From the NCBI GenBank assembly GCA_036490295.1, contig DASXED010000126.1:1718-65717 (forward strand): 64,000 nucleotides of DNA, in the 5' to 3' direction. Made by a program: the position numbers and the translations under genes. This document shows positions 51,614 to 62,290 of this stretch, piece after piece; within the stretch, counting starts at the first letter, position 1; each line of letters begins with the position of its first letter. This DNA comes from Verrucomicrobiia bacterium. Its GTDB lineage: Bacteria; Verrucomicrobiota; Verrucomicrobiia; Limisphaerales; UBA11358. The notes under the pieces are model-generated. The model had not been told where the DNA came from. It saw only the letters and a program-made list of their open reading frames with translations, and ran no database searches.

Positions 51614-53785
51614 ATGAAGGCCAGATTTGCATTTCAACAACTTGCCGCGTTAATCGTCGTGCAGAGCCTGATTACCATCGCGCACGCGCAATCCACCAAC
51701 CCTCCGCCCGCAAAGATTGCGAGCACGAACGCGATGACAACGCTTCCTGAAATTACCGTGGTCGGCCAGCCGGTGCCGGATTCGCTCACTTCGCCATCCG
51801 CCGAAAAAGCAGCCGGGCAAAACAAGGAAATCCCCGGAGGCTTCACGGTCAAAACGGCTGATGAAATGAAAAAAGGGCGCACGTCAAATTTCATGGATTT
51901 GCTTCAGGACGTGCCCGGCCTGTTCATGCAAAGCGAAAATGGCGTGGAAATTTCCAAGGTTTCCATTCGCGGTTCGGGCATTGAATCGGACGACGAACCG
52001 CTGGGCGTGGAATTTCTGCTCGACGGAATCAGTTTTGACCAGGGCGACGGCGAGACGATCATTGAAGACTTTGACGTGAGCACGCTGAAATACGCGGAGG
52101 TTTATCGCGGCGCGGATGCTTTCAAATACGGTTCGTTGACGATGGGCGGCGCGATCAATCTCGTGCCGTTCACGGGTTACGATGCCCCGCCGTATCAAAT
52201 CCAGATGCAAGGCGGCAGTTACGGTTTCGTGCGCGGCGAGGCCAGCGCCGCCGGCGTTGACGGGCCGGTTGATTATTATGCCTCGGTGTCGGGACGTTAT
52301 CGCGACGGCTATCGCGCGCACAGCCAGGAGAACACCGAGCTTTTATTCGCGGACTTGGGATATAAAATCAACGACAACCTTGAAAACCGTTTTTACCTGA
52401 CGGTGGATCAGGAGAATCGCCAACTGCCCGGCGGATTGACGCAATCGCAAATGCAGGCCGATCCGCAGCAGGCCGATCCGCTGGCCGCTCCGCAGGATTA
52501 CAGCAAGCAATGGTATTATATGCGGCTCGCCGACAAAATCAGCTACGAAAAAGACGGCCACGAACTGGACGCCTCGATTTATTGGTGGCATCGCGAGTTG
52601 TTGGAGAAAGGTTTTTTTGACCCGAGCGATTATGAACAGGGCATCCAGAACTATCATGCGGACGATGGAGGTATCAACTTGAATTCCGTCACCCACGGCG
52701 AACTTTTTGGGCAGCAAAACATTCTCACAGTGGGCTTCAGCCCTGCGTTTGAAACCGAGCAGGATCACAATTATGCAAATAATGGCGGTCAAGAAGGCAT
52801 GACCATCGCCAAGGATCTTGAACTGGCGGTCAATGTGCCGCTGTATTTGGAAAACCAGCATTATCTCACGGAAAAGCTTTCGTTGCTGACCGGCGTTCAG
52901 GCGATTTATGTGGTGCGCCATTTTTATGACTACTTCAACAATACTTTGGACGGCGACCAATCCCACAAAAATGTTTATCTCGGTTTGGATCCAAAAATCG
53001 GGTTGCTTTACGAAATCACTGATGACAGCCAGCTCTTCGTTAATTTCAGCCGAACCTTTCAGCCGCCTTCATTCGACAACATGGTTGATTTTGACGATGA
53101 CAACGATCCCGGCGGCAGCCTCGCTTATACACCTCTGGCGCCGCAAAGCGCCTGGACAATCGAACTCGGCACGCGCGGCAAACAGGGACGTTTTGACTGG
53201 GATTTGGCGCTTTACCATTCCTGGGTCCACGACGAACTGCAGGACCTTTTCGATGATGTGGGACAAGACCGTGGTGATGTCAATGTCGCCCATTCTTACC
53301 ATCAGGGCATTGAAGCCGGCCTCGGCGTCGAATTGTGGAACTCAAAAAAAGTCGGCGACGAAACCGGACAATCGCTGAAATTAAACCAGACTTACACGCT
53401 CAACGATTTTCATTTCGTGAACGATCCGGTCTACGGCGACAATCGGCTGGCCGCAATTCCCGTCCACGTTTATGAGGCGGACTTGATGTATGAAGCGCCG
53501 TGCGGTTTCTACGCCGGGCCGAATGTCCAATGCAATCTTTCAAGCTATCCGGTTGACCAGGCAAACACGCTTTACGCCGGCGCTTACGCGCTGCTTGGAT
53601 TCAAAATCGGTTATGCCACCGACTGGGGAAAATCAAAAATTTCAGTTTTTCTCGAAGCGAAAAATTTGACGGACGAAAATTACGCCGCCGCAGTTGACCC
53701 GATTGGAGACGGCGACGCCACTTCGCAAGTTTTTCACCCGGGCGACGGACGCTCCTTTTACGGCGGCGTGACGTGGAGATGCTGA
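51614..53785 (+). CDS. TonB-dependent outer-membrane receptor
   Basis: Signal peptide, TonB-box-like 'LPEITVVG', plug motifs ('LLQDVPGLFMQS','IRGSG'), and a roughly 600-aa beta-barrel region. Start at MKARFAF (ATG at 51614). Confidence 0.9.
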   Translation: MKARFAFQQLAALIVVQSLITIAHAQSTNPPPAKIASTNAMTTLPEITVVGQPVPDSLTSPSAEKAAGQNKEIPGGFTVKTADEMKKGRTSNFMDLLQDVPGLFMQSENGVEISKVSIRGSGIESDDEPLGVEFLLDGISFDQGDGETIIEDFDVSTLKYAEVYRGADAFKYGSLTMGGAINLVPFTGYDAPPYQIQMQGGSYGFVRGEASAAGVDGPVDYYASVSGRYRDGYRAHSQENTELLFADLGYKINDNLENRFYLTVDQENRQLPGGLTQSQMQADPQQADPLAAPQDYSKQWYYMRLADKISYEKDGHELDASIYWWHRELLEKGFFDPSDYEQGIQNYHADDGGINLNSVTHGELFGQQNILTVGFSPAFETEQDHNYANNGGQEGMTIAKDLELAVNVPLYLENQHYLTEKLSLLTGVQAIYVVRHFYDYFNNTLDGDQSHKNVYLGLDPKIGLLYEITDDSQLFVNFSRTFQPPSFDNMVDFDDDNDPGGSLAYTPLAPQSAWTIELGTRGKQGRFDWDLALYHSWVHDELQDLFDDVGQDRGDVNVAHSYHQGIEAGLGVELWNSKKVGDETGQSLKLNQTYTLNDFHFVNDPVYGDNRLAAIPVHVYEADLMYEAPCGFYAGPNVQCNLSSYPVDQANTLYAGAYALLGFKIGYATDWGKSKISVFLEAKNLTDENYAAAVDPIGDGDATSQVFHPGDGRSFYGGVTWRC

Positions 53786-53791
53786 AAACTT

Positions 53792-54883
53792 TTACTTCAC
53801 GTCCGGCACGGCGACGACGCCCCACGGACTGCCGGGCGATTTGACGCGGGCGACTTCCTTTTCCGTCGCGAGGTCAACCACCGAGACATCATCCGACGGG
53901 CCGTTGGCGGCGAACAGATATTTTCCATCCGGCGAAAAGCAGATTCCCCACGGACGCTTGCCGACCGGAATCGTGTTCAGCACTTCGTAAGTGTTCGCGT
54001 CCACGACGACGACCGTGCCGCCGCGCCCGGTGCTGGCATAGACTTTTTTTCCGTCCGGCGAAACCAGCACGCATTGCGGGCGCGAACCTTTCGGCAGCGT
54101 GATGACTTTCAAAAGTTTCTGGTTCACCGTGTCAATCACGTTCAATTCGCCTACCGATTCCGACGGGACAAACGCGCGCGAACCGTCCGGCAAAAAAGCG
54201 ATGCTGCGCGGGCGCGGATGAACCACGATGTGGCCGATGATTTTGTAAGTTTCCGCGTCAATGGCGAAAACATCGCCGCCGGTTTCGCAGGTGATGTAGA
54301 AAACTTTTCCGTCGGGGCGGACGCCCGCGCCCTCGGGTTCGCGGGTGACGGGAATGAACGTCAGATTTTTTCCGGTCTCTGCGTCCAGGACGGTTGCGGC
54401 GCCAACGTCCTCATTGGAGATATAAATGCGCTTGCCATCCTTGCTGACGGCGAACTGTTCCGGGTCGGAGCCGACTGGGATTTTCCGCAGGAATTTTCTT
54501 TGAGCGACGTCCACGATGCCGAGACCGTCGGCGGCCTTGTCCGATTTCGCGTTGTCGTCGTCATCGTCGTCGTGGCCTTTTGCAAAAATCGGATTGCCGT
54601 TCGCGTCAAGTGTCGGCGGCGGTTCAATCGGCGTGCCGCTCAATGCGACATAAACCGTTTTGCCATCAGGGCTGGCATGGATGCCGCGCGGCCTTTTGCC
54701 GGCGGGAATGGTCGCGGTGACTTTGAAGTCGGCGCCGTTGATGACGGTGATGGTGCCGGAATGTTCGTTGGAGACAAAAATCTGGTAGCCGCCGCCCGTC
54801 TGGCTTTTGGCGGGGGCAGCCCACAAAAAGAGCGCGATGCAAAAAAATGTTGCCGGAAGAATCTGCCGAAAATGGATTTTCAT
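53792..54883 (-). CDS. YVTN-type seven-bladed beta-propeller protein (PQQ-associated beta-propeller-like)
   Basis: Repeated 'G..P.G...SPDGK.vYv' blades. There is an unusual Asp run 'GHDDDDDDN'. It resembles the family I recall as the 'PQQ-dependent catabolism-associated beta-propeller protein'. Confidence 0.75.
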   Translation of the reverse strand: MKIHFRQILPATFFCIALFLWAAPAKSQTGGGYQIFVSNEHSGTITVINGADFKVTATIPAGKRPRGIHASPDGKTVYVALSGTPIEPPPTLDANGNPIFAKGHDDDDDDNAKSDKAADGLGIVDVAQRKFLRKIPVGSDPEQFAVSKDGKRIYISNEDVGAATVLDAETGKNLTFIPVTREPEGAGVRPDGKVFYITCETGGDVFAIDAETYKIIGHIVVHPRPRSIAFLPDGSRAFVPSESVGELNVIDTVNQKLLKVITLPKGSRPQCVLVSPDGKKVYASTGRGGTVVVVDANTYEVLNTIPVGKRPWGICFSPDGKYLFAANGPSDDVSVVDLATEKEVARVKSPGSPWGVVAVPDVK

Positions 54884-54977
54884 GGGAACATTTATCTCAA
54901 AAATTTTTGCAAATGACCAGCGGGAATTTTTTGTCTTCAGTTGTAACTAAATAGTGACTAAAAACCCATTTGCGCGG

Positions 54978-55006
54978 TTGACCTGAAATTGAACCCATGA
55001 TAAACT
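54978..55006 (+). promoter_or_regulatory. Candidate sigma-70-type promoter of the giant surface-protein gene
   Basis: TTGACC (54978-54983), a 17-nt spacer, then TAAACT (55001-55006). This would give a roughly 190-nt 5' UTR containing the hairpin CCGGCTT...AAGCCGG. Confidence 0.3.
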
Positions 55007-55200
55007 GCCAGTGACCAACAGAGGCATAATTAAATGCTCAAACCGGCTTCCGAACACGATTGTGATTGTAAGCCGGGCGGCAAATTACTGGTTAAAATTT
55101 CATCGTGATTCAAGCGATTGTTTTTCAAAAATTGCCCGGCGATTCGTGTGACGCGAAACGGGAACGCACGTCCGTGCTGGATCGTGGCTTTCGGAAGGTG

Positions 55201-58200
55201 ATGAAAATCAAGTCCAGTTTCCTGCCTGTCCTTGCCGCAATCTTTGCCGCCAGTGTCAACCTCCATGCCGCCAGCGCCACTTGGAACGGCACGGCGGATT
55301 CGACTTGGGCGAACATTGCGAACTGGAGCGCGTCGCCGGTTCCGGGCTATACCGACACCGCCACGTTCAACAACGCAGGCGATGGCCGCACAACCATCTC
55401 CCTGGGTTCTGGCGTGCAGGTTGAAAACATCATCTTCAACACGGCAAATGGGGCGGCTTATACGATTGGTTCGGGAGCGGCCGGAAGCCAGACATTGAAC
55501 ATGAATGGCTCGGGCGAGTTCTCCGTGAACTCCACCGTCGTCAACAATGAGTTGTTCAATGCCAATCTCATCTTGAGTGCCGCCAACGGCGCCCGGACGC
55601 TGGCCTTTACCAACAACAGCACCGCCGCCGGCCAGAACCTGACCTTTGCCGGCGGGATGACCACCACCAACACCGGCACGAAAACGGTGGCGATCGGCGG
55701 CAATGGCAACACCACTATCAGCGGCAATATCACTGACGGTTCGGGACAACTGGCCTTGACCAAGAACGGCGCCGGCACGCTGACCTTGAGCGGCGTGGCG
55801 AACAATTACAGCGGCGCAACGATTGTCAATGCCGGCACGCTGGCGGTTGCAAGCATGGGTGGCAACACCGCAGCCCTGACGGTGGGCAACTTGGCGGGCA
55901 GTCCTGCCATCATGGACATTTTGACGGGAGCAAATGTCACCTACAACACTTTGGCGATTGGCGAAAATGCGACCGCTCCGGGCGCGGTGTTTCAAAGCGG
56001 CGGAACATTCACACTGGCTGACGCTGCGAACATAGCGGATTTCCGGATTGGCGATGGCACTTCGGGGTATGGTTACTACCAGCTTTCCGGCGGCGCATTG
56101 AACGCGAACGAAGTCGGCGTGGGCGGCGGCAATGGCGGCAACGCCACCGTGGGCGTCATGGACATCACCGGCGGCACATTCAACGACGCCGGCTGGATTA
56201 CCGTTGGCCGCGGCGGCACAACCAGTTCCGGCGTCCTGAATGTTTCCGGGAGCGGTTCAATTGTGTGTGCAGGCACGGTGGGCGGTTCGCACATCTCCTT
56301 CAACTGGGGCGGAACGGCGGGTGAAATTTCGGTGATTAATATCTTCAACGGCGGCGCAATTTACGGGCCGGCCAGCGCAACCTATGTGCTTGATTTGGCT
56401 GCGGCCAACACTGCGGGGACAATGGGCGTCGTCAATCTCGGCGGCAACGGCACGCTGGCCGTTGGCGGCGTTGTTCCGTCGAATCCAAACTCAACGTCTT
56501 TGCTTGATTTCAACGGCGGCACGCTGACGGCGACGATCAACAATGCCAACTTCCTGACGAGTGCGAATATTGATGGAGTCTACATCTACCCCGGCGGGGC
56601 GACAATCAACGATGGAGGTTTTAACATCACTGGCAGCGTCCCGTTGCAATCACCCGCAGGTTATGGCGTCAGTTCCATTGCAATGGCGGATGGCGGTTCG
56701 GGCTATGTCGGCGTGCCGCTGGTGGAAATCACCGGCGGCAGCGGCGTCGGCGCAACGGCGTCGGCGCAAGTCAATTTTGCGAGCGGAATCGTCACCAACA
56801 TTTTAATCACCAATCCGGGCAGCGGTTATGCCGGCGGCGACATTCTTGCCGTCACCTTCATCGGCGGCGGCGGCAACGGCGCTGTCGCCAACACTCCGGT
56901 CCTGGCCGCGAACAGCAGCGGTGGTTTGATTAAAACAGGCGCTGGCACATTGACTCTTTCCGGTGCGAACACTTACACCGGCGGCACAACGGTCAGCGGC
57001 GGCACACTGGCTTTGGACTTGGGCGGTTCACTTGCCAGCACAAACATCAACGTGAACAGCGGGGCGACGTTGGACGTGTCCGGCATCAGCTTTGCGTTGG
57101 GCGGAAATCAAAGTTTGTCCGGCAGCGGCACAATCACGGGATCGGTGAATGCGGTTTCCGGTTCAAAAATTTACGCGGGGACGGACGGCGGGTTCGGGAC
57201 GAACACTTTCAACAACAATCTGACCTTCGTTCCGGGCGCGTCCTGCTATTTTGACTTGGGCAGCACGGCCAGCGGTGCGAACGATGAGATCATCTTGAAT
57301 GGCGCGAACAGCGTCCTGACTTGCGGTGGCGCGAGCATCGGCATCAAGTGTGGCGCGACTTTGGATCAGACGAATGATTATACGCTCTTCAACCTGACCG
57401 GCGGATCAGCCGGCATCGCGGGCAGTTTCAATGCCACGCCGGTCTGGACGGGAACGACGCCGGCCAATGCCGGCGCCTTTTCCATCGTGACCGTGGGCAA
57501 CAAGGTCATCCTCCACTATTCCACCGGCGCCACGAATCTTCCGGCGGTGACGAATCTCGCCGCGTCAGCCGTTGCGTCCACGACCGCGACGTTGAACGGC
57601 CAGATGCTTTCGAACGGCGGACAATTTCCAACCGTCAAATTCTATTACGGCACGACTGATGGCGGAACAAATCCTGCGGCGTGGACGACGAATGTGTCGC
57701 TGGGTTTTCAAACCGGTTCATTTGCAGCGGCGGTTTCCAACCTGACTGCCAACACAACATATTATTTCGCAGCCGTCGCCACGAATTTGGCGGGCGCGGC
57801 CTGGGCCACGCCGTCGAGGTCGTTCACCACGCTGTCGCCGAATTTGGCGGTGGTGACGAACTTGCCGGCTTCAAATGTGCAGGGCAGTTCGGCAATCCTG
57901 AATGGCCGGGTGCTTGCGATTGGCAGCCAGACGCCGTCCGTCACTTTATATTACGGCACGAGCAATGGCGGCACGAACGCCGCCGCGTGGGCGAACAATA
58001 TTTATATCGGCCAGCAAAGCGGAAGTTATGCCATCACCGTCACCGGCCTGGCCACGAACACGGCATATTACTACACCGCCGCCGCCGCAAATCCCGATGG
58101 CACGGCGTGGGCGCAATCCGCGCAAACATTCACCACGTTGCCCACGGCTCCGGTGGTGTCGGTGCTGACCTATCACTATGACAATTTCCGCACCGGCGCG

Positions 58201-61200
58201 GACACCAACGAAACATTGCTGACACCGGCAACCGTCAACACCAACAACTTCGGGCTTTTGATTAAATATGTGACGGACGGGTATGTTTATACCGAGCCGT
58301 TGTATGTCCCAAGCGTGACCGTCCCAGGCCAGGGCACGCATAACATGGTGATCGTGGCGACCGAGCATGACAGTATTTATGCTTTCGATGCGGACAGCAA
58401 TGCGGGGACCAATGGCGGAGTGTTGTGGCATACCAATTTCGGCGTTTCGGCCATAAGCGCCAATCAAAATGAATTTGGCGCGCGATATTGCGGAGATTGT
58501 TATCCCGACATCGTCCCGGAAGTTGGCATCACCGGCACGCCGGTCATTGATCCCGCTACGGGGACAATCTATGTGGACGTGTTCACCCACGAAGGGGCGA
58601 ATTTTTATCATCGCATCCACGCCCTGAACATCACCAACGGAATGGAGCAACCCTACAGCCCGGTCGTCGTCAGCGGTTCAGTTCCGGGAACCGGCCGGGA
58701 CAGTTCTGGCGGCGTGATGACTTTCAACCCCACACAAAACAACCAGCGTCCCGCGCTGACGCTTGCCGGTGGAATTTTATACGTCGCCTACGCCGGTTAT
58801 GCGGACACCGATCCGTATCATGGCTGGGTCATCGGTTACAACGCCGCCAATCTCGCGCCGTTGACCAATTATGTTTTCAACAGCACGCCGAACGCGACGA
58901 CGGCGGCCTTTGGCGCCAACGCCGCTGAAGGCGGGGTTTGGATGGGTGGCAACGGATTATGCGTGGATGCAAACACCAACCTTTACTTTGAAACGGGCAA
59001 CGGAAGTTTCAGCGCGAACACCAACGGCGGGGATTATGCGGACAGTTTCATCAAACTTTCCACCACCAACAAGCTGGCTCTGTCCGACTATTTCACACCC
59101 TACAATCAACTCACGCTCGCAAACGACGACTTGGATCTCGCCGCGTGCGGCCCGGTGTTGCTGCCTGACTCGGTCGGGAGCACAAATCATCCGCATCTGC
59201 TTGTCGGAACCGGCAAGAGCGGGACGCTTTATCTTTTGGATCGCGACAACATGGGACGTTACAATGGCACCGATGGCGTCAACGGGAATGACAGCCAGAT
59301 CGTGCAATCCGTTATCGGCGCGACCGCCAGCACTTGGAGTTCACCCGCTTATTTTAACAACCAGATTTATCTGCAGGCGAGCAGCGCCGCGATGAAGGCG
59401 TTCACGATCACCAACGGACACATCGCCACCACGCCCGCCTCCACCGCCACGGCATCGGTTGGCACATACAACGGCGGGCCGGTCGTTTCCGCCAACGGCA
59501 CGAACAACGGGATTGTCTGGGTGCTGGATGGCGCCAGCGGCACCGGCACCGGGGTCTTGTATGCCTGCAACGCCACCAATCTCGCGCAGCAATTGTATAA
59601 CAGCAGCCAGCTTTCGCGCGACATTCCCGGCAGCGGGATCAAAATGACCACGCCCACGGTGGCCAACGGGAAGGTCTATGTCGGGGCGCAATATGCGCTG
59701 GCGGTCTACGGACTGACAACATTCCTGGCGACGCCGGTGATCACGCCCAACGGCGGGAGCTATGCCAATTCGGTGACGGTGACATTGTCGGACGCGACGC
59801 CTGGCACCGCCATCTACTACACTTTGGACGGGACCGTGCCCGGCACCGGTTCCACGCTTTACACTGGTCCGTTCGCGGTGACGACCACGCTGAATCTGCA
59901 AGCCGTCGCCGTCAAATCCGGCGCGGTCAACAGCGGCGTGGCCTCGGCGTCCTTCATCAACACCGCCGCCGCCGGGAATGGCGCTGGATTGCTGGGACAA
60001 TACTGGACGAACACCACCAGCACGGCCTTCACCAATGCATCGTTCAACACTCCGGCAACATTGACACGCACGGACGCCGTCGTGAATTTCAACTGGAGTT
60101 CAACCGGCCCGGCAACCACCATCGGCCAGAGTAATTTCACCGCCCGCTGGACCGGCGCGGTGCAGCCGCAATACAACGAGACCTACACCTTCACGACCAT
60201 CGCTGACGACGGCGTGCGCCTGTGGGTCAACGGCCGGTTGCTGGTGGATGACTGGACAACGCATTCATCTGCGGCCACCAACAGCGGCTCCATCACGCTC
60301 AACGCGCAGCAACTCTACAACATCCAGATGGATTACTTTCAAAGCAATGGCGATGCCGTGGCTCAATTGCTGTGGAGCAGTCCGTCCACCGCGCAGTCCA
60401 TCATCCCGCAAACTCAACTTTATGTTTTCACCAATCCGCCACCGACAATTGTCATGGCGAGTCCCGCCGCCGGTTCGACTTACACCGCCACTGCCAGCGT
60501 GACCATCGGCGCGAATGCCGACGCGCCCTACAACCCGGTCGGCAAAGTGGATTTTTACGCCAATGGCAATTTGCTTGGCTCATTGAGCAACAGCATTGAT
60601 GCGCCGCTTTATACGCTCACGGCGACTGGCTTGACCAACGGTGGTTATGCCCTGACCGCTGTCGCCACTGATGGCAGCGGCTTGAGCAGCACTTCAGCAC
60701 CGGTCAATATCATTGTCATCGCCGGCAGCGGACTTCCCTACGGCCTGACGAACAACGGCACGGTGACGGCATTTCTGAATATGCCCGCAGCCTACACCGG
60801 CACACTTCCGCCGCTGCTCTCCGGCACCGGCGCGTTTGCTGACACTCCCAACCGCACGCCGGCCGGCGGACTGATTCCGTATGCGCCCAACACGCCGTTG
60901 TGGTCGGATGCGGCGGTCAAGAGCCGTTACATGGCGTTGCCCAACAATGGCGGAACGATCACGCCTGACGAACAGATCGGATTTCTTCCGACAAACTCAT
61001 GGACGTTCCCGGCGGGAACCGTGTTCGTCAAAAATTTTGATCTCGTCGTGAATGAAACCAACGCGGGCGTTCCGCTGCGGCGACTGGAGACCCGGCTGCT
61101 GGTGCGCGACATCAACGGCGCGGTCTATGGCGTGACCTACAAATGGCGCGCGGACAACAGCGACGCCGACCTGCTTGATTCCAGTTTGAATGAAGACATT

Positions 61201-62247
61201 CTCATCACCAACGCCACCGGCGTGCGTACGCAGACGTGGTATTATCCAAGCCCGCAGGATTGCCTGACGTGCCACACACCCGTGGCCGGTTATGTGCTGG
61301 GCGTCAACGCGCGGCAGCTCAACGGCAACTTGAATTACCCCGCGACCAGCGTCACGGACAACCAGTTGCGCACGCTGAACCGGCTTGGGCTTTTCAATCC
61401 CGCCATCAATGAAGCGAACATCGCCAATTACGAGCGCCTCTCCGCGCTCACCAATTTGAGCGCGTCGCTCGAAGAACGCGCCCGCTCTTATCTGGACGCC
61501 AACTGCGCGCAGTGCCACCAGCCGGGCAACTCCATTGAGGCAAACTTTGACGCGCGCTACGACACGCCGCTGGCGCAGCAGAACATCACAAATTATCCGG
61601 CGCAGCATAATCTGGGAATTGACGGTGCCTGCGTCGTCAAGGCAAAGGACATCTGGCGTTCCGTGCTTTTGTATCGGATCAACACCAACGATCCATCCAT
61701 CAAAATGCCGCCGCTGGCGCGCAATGTCATTGACACCAACGCCGTGCAGGTCTTCACCGACTGGATCAACAGCCTGCCCGGCACGCCCGTGCTCGCGCCG
61801 CCGGCCATCACGCCGAACGGCGGCGGTTACATCGCCTCGGTTCACGTCACGTTGCAGTCGCCCGACACGAACGCGGCGATCTACTACACGCTTGACGGCT
61901 CGCTGCCCACGACCAATTCGTTCCTGTATTCCGGCGCGTTCAATTTGTTCACCAACGCCACCGTTTCGGCGAACGCCTTTGAAACCGACTACAACAACAG
62001 CATCGCCGCCACCGCGCTCTTCAACGTGCAGCCGCTGTATTTCACCTCGATGGGTTTTCTGGCGAACCGGCAGTTCCAACTCGGCTTCGCCGGCGTGGCC
62101 GGCAGCAATTATGTGCTGCAGGCGACGACCAATTTCTCGATCTGGACGCCCATCAGCACCAACACGGCGGTGACAAACCTGTTCAACCTGGTTGATCCCA
62201 ATGCGGCGAATTTTCCATATCGCTTCTATCGCGTCCTGCAACAATGA
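55201..62247 (+). CDS. Giant multidomain secreted surface protein (2348 aa)
   Basis: Signal peptide 'MKIKSSFLPVLAAIFAASVNLHA'. Autotransporter-associated beta-strand repeats ('GAGTLTLSGANTYTGGTTVSGGTL') to about 57500. Two tandem FN3-like units (about 57530-58140). A PQQ-like beta-propeller ('YHYDNFRTGAD..', about 58160-59720). A chitobiase-C-like domain (about 59730-59960). A PA14 domain ('GLLGQYW...DDGVRLWVNG', about 59985-60420). An Ig-like domain. A di-heme module (CLTCH, CAQCH) followed by a second chitobiase-C-like domain (about 60800-62030). Confidence 0.85.
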   Translation: MKIKSSFLPVLAAIFAASVNLHAASATWNGTADSTWANIANWSASPVPGYTDTATFNNAGDGRTTISLGSGVQVENIIFNTANGAAYTIGSGAAGSQTLNMNGSGEFSVNSTVVNNELFNANLILSAANGARTLAFTNNSTAAGQNLTFAGGMTTTNTGTKTVAIGGNGNTTISGNITDGSGQLALTKNGAGTLTLSGVANNYSGATIVNAGTLAVASMGGNTAALTVGNLAGSPAIMDILTGANVTYNTLAIGENATAPGAVFQSGGTFTLADAANIADFRIGDGTSGYGYYQLSGGALNANEVGVGGGNGGNATVGVMDITGGTFNDAGWITVGRGGTTSSGVLNVSGSGSIVCAGTVGGSHISFNWGGTAGEISVINIFNGGAIYGPASATYVLDLAAANTAGTMGVVNLGGNGTLAVGGVVPSNPNSTSLLDFNGGTLTATINNANFLTSANIDGVYIYPGGATINDGGFNITGSVPLQSPAGYGVSSIAMADGGSGYVGVPLVEITGGSGVGATASAQVNFASGIVTNILITNPGSGYAGGDILAVTFIGGGGNGAVANTPVLAANSSGGLIKTGAGTLTLSGANTYTGGTTVSGGTLALDLGGSLASTNINVNSGATLDVSGISFALGGNQSLSGSGTITGSVNAVSGSKIYAGTDGGFGTNTFNNNLTFVPGASCYFDLGSTASGANDEIILNGANSVLTCGGASIGIKCGATLDQTNDYTLFNLTGGSAGIAGSFNATPVWTGTTPANAGAFSIVTVGNKVILHYSTGATNLPAVTNLAASAVASTTATLNGQMLSNGGQFPTVKFYYGTTDGGTNPAAWTTNVSLGFQTGSFAAAVSNLTANTTYYFAAVATNLAGAAWATPSRSFTTLSPNLAVVTNLPASNVQGSSAILNGRVLAIGSQTPSVTLYYGTSNGGTNAAAWANNIYIGQQSGSYAITVTGLATNTAYYYTAAAANPDGTAWAQSAQTFTTLPTAPVVSVLTYHYDNFRTGADTNETLLTPATVNTNNFGLLIKYVTDGYVYTEPLYVPSVTVPGQGTHNMVIVATEHDSIYAFDADSNAGTNGGVLWHTNFGVSAISANQNEFGARYCGDCYPDIVPEVGITGTPVIDPATGTIYVDVFTHEGANFYHRIHALNITNGMEQPYSPVVVSGSVPGTGRDSSGGVMTFNPTQNNQRPALTLAGGILYVAYAGYADTDPYHGWVIGYNAANLAPLTNYVFNSTPNATTAAFGANAAEGGVWMGGNGLCVDANTNLYFETGNGSFSANTNGGDYADSFIKLSTTNKLALSDYFTPYNQLTLANDDLDLAACGPVLLPDSVGSTNHPHLLVGTGKSGTLYLLDRDNMGRYNGTDGVNGNDSQIVQSVIGATASTWSSPAYFNNQIYLQASSAAMKAFTITNGHIATTPASTATASVGTYNGGPVVSANGTNNGIVWVLDGASGTGTGVLYACNATNLAQQLYNSSQLSRDIPGSGIKMTTPTVANGKVYVGAQYALAVYGLTTFLATPVITPNGGSYANSVTVTLSDATPGTAIYYTLDGTVPGTGSTLYTGPFAVTTTLNLQAVAVKSGAVNSGVASASFINTAAAGNGAGLLGQYWTNTTSTAFTNASFNTPATLTRTDAVVNFNWSSTGPATTIGQSNFTARWTGAVQPQYNETYTFTTIADDGVRLWVNGRLLVDDWTTHSSAATNSGSITLNAQQLYNIQMDYFQSNGDAVAQLLWSSPSTAQSIIPQTQLYVFTNPPPTIVMASPAAGSTYTATASVTIGANADAPYNPVGKVDFYANGNLLGSLSNSIDAPLYTLTATGLTNGGYALTAVATDGSGLSSTSAPVNIIVIAGSGLPYGLTNNGTVTAFLNMPAAYTGTLPPLLSGTGAFADTPNRTPAGGLIPYAPNTPLWSDAAVKSRYMALPNNGGTITPDEQIGFLPTNSWTFPAGTVFVKNFDLVVNETNAGVPLRRLETRLLVRDINGAVYGVTYKWRADNSDADLLDSSLNEDILITNATGVRTQTWYYPSPQDCLTCHTPVAGYVLGVNARQLNGNLNYPATSVTDNQLRTLNRLGLFNPAINEANIANYERLSALTNLSASLEERARSYLDANCAQCHQPGNSIEANFDARYDTPLAQQNITNYPAQHNLGIDGACVVKAKDIWRSVLLYRINTNDPSIKMPPLARNVIDTNAVQVFTDWINSLPGTPVLAPPAITPNGGGYIASVHVTLQSPDTNAAIYYTLDGSLPTTNSFLYSGAFNLFTNATVSANAFETDYNNSIAATALFNVQPLYFTSMGFLANRQFQLGFAGVAGSNYVLQATTNFSIWTPISTNTAVTNLFNLVDPNAANFPYRFYRVLQQ

Positions 62248-62290
62248 ACCGCCATTCAAAACAAGTTGATTCAAAAGGACGGCTTTGGAA

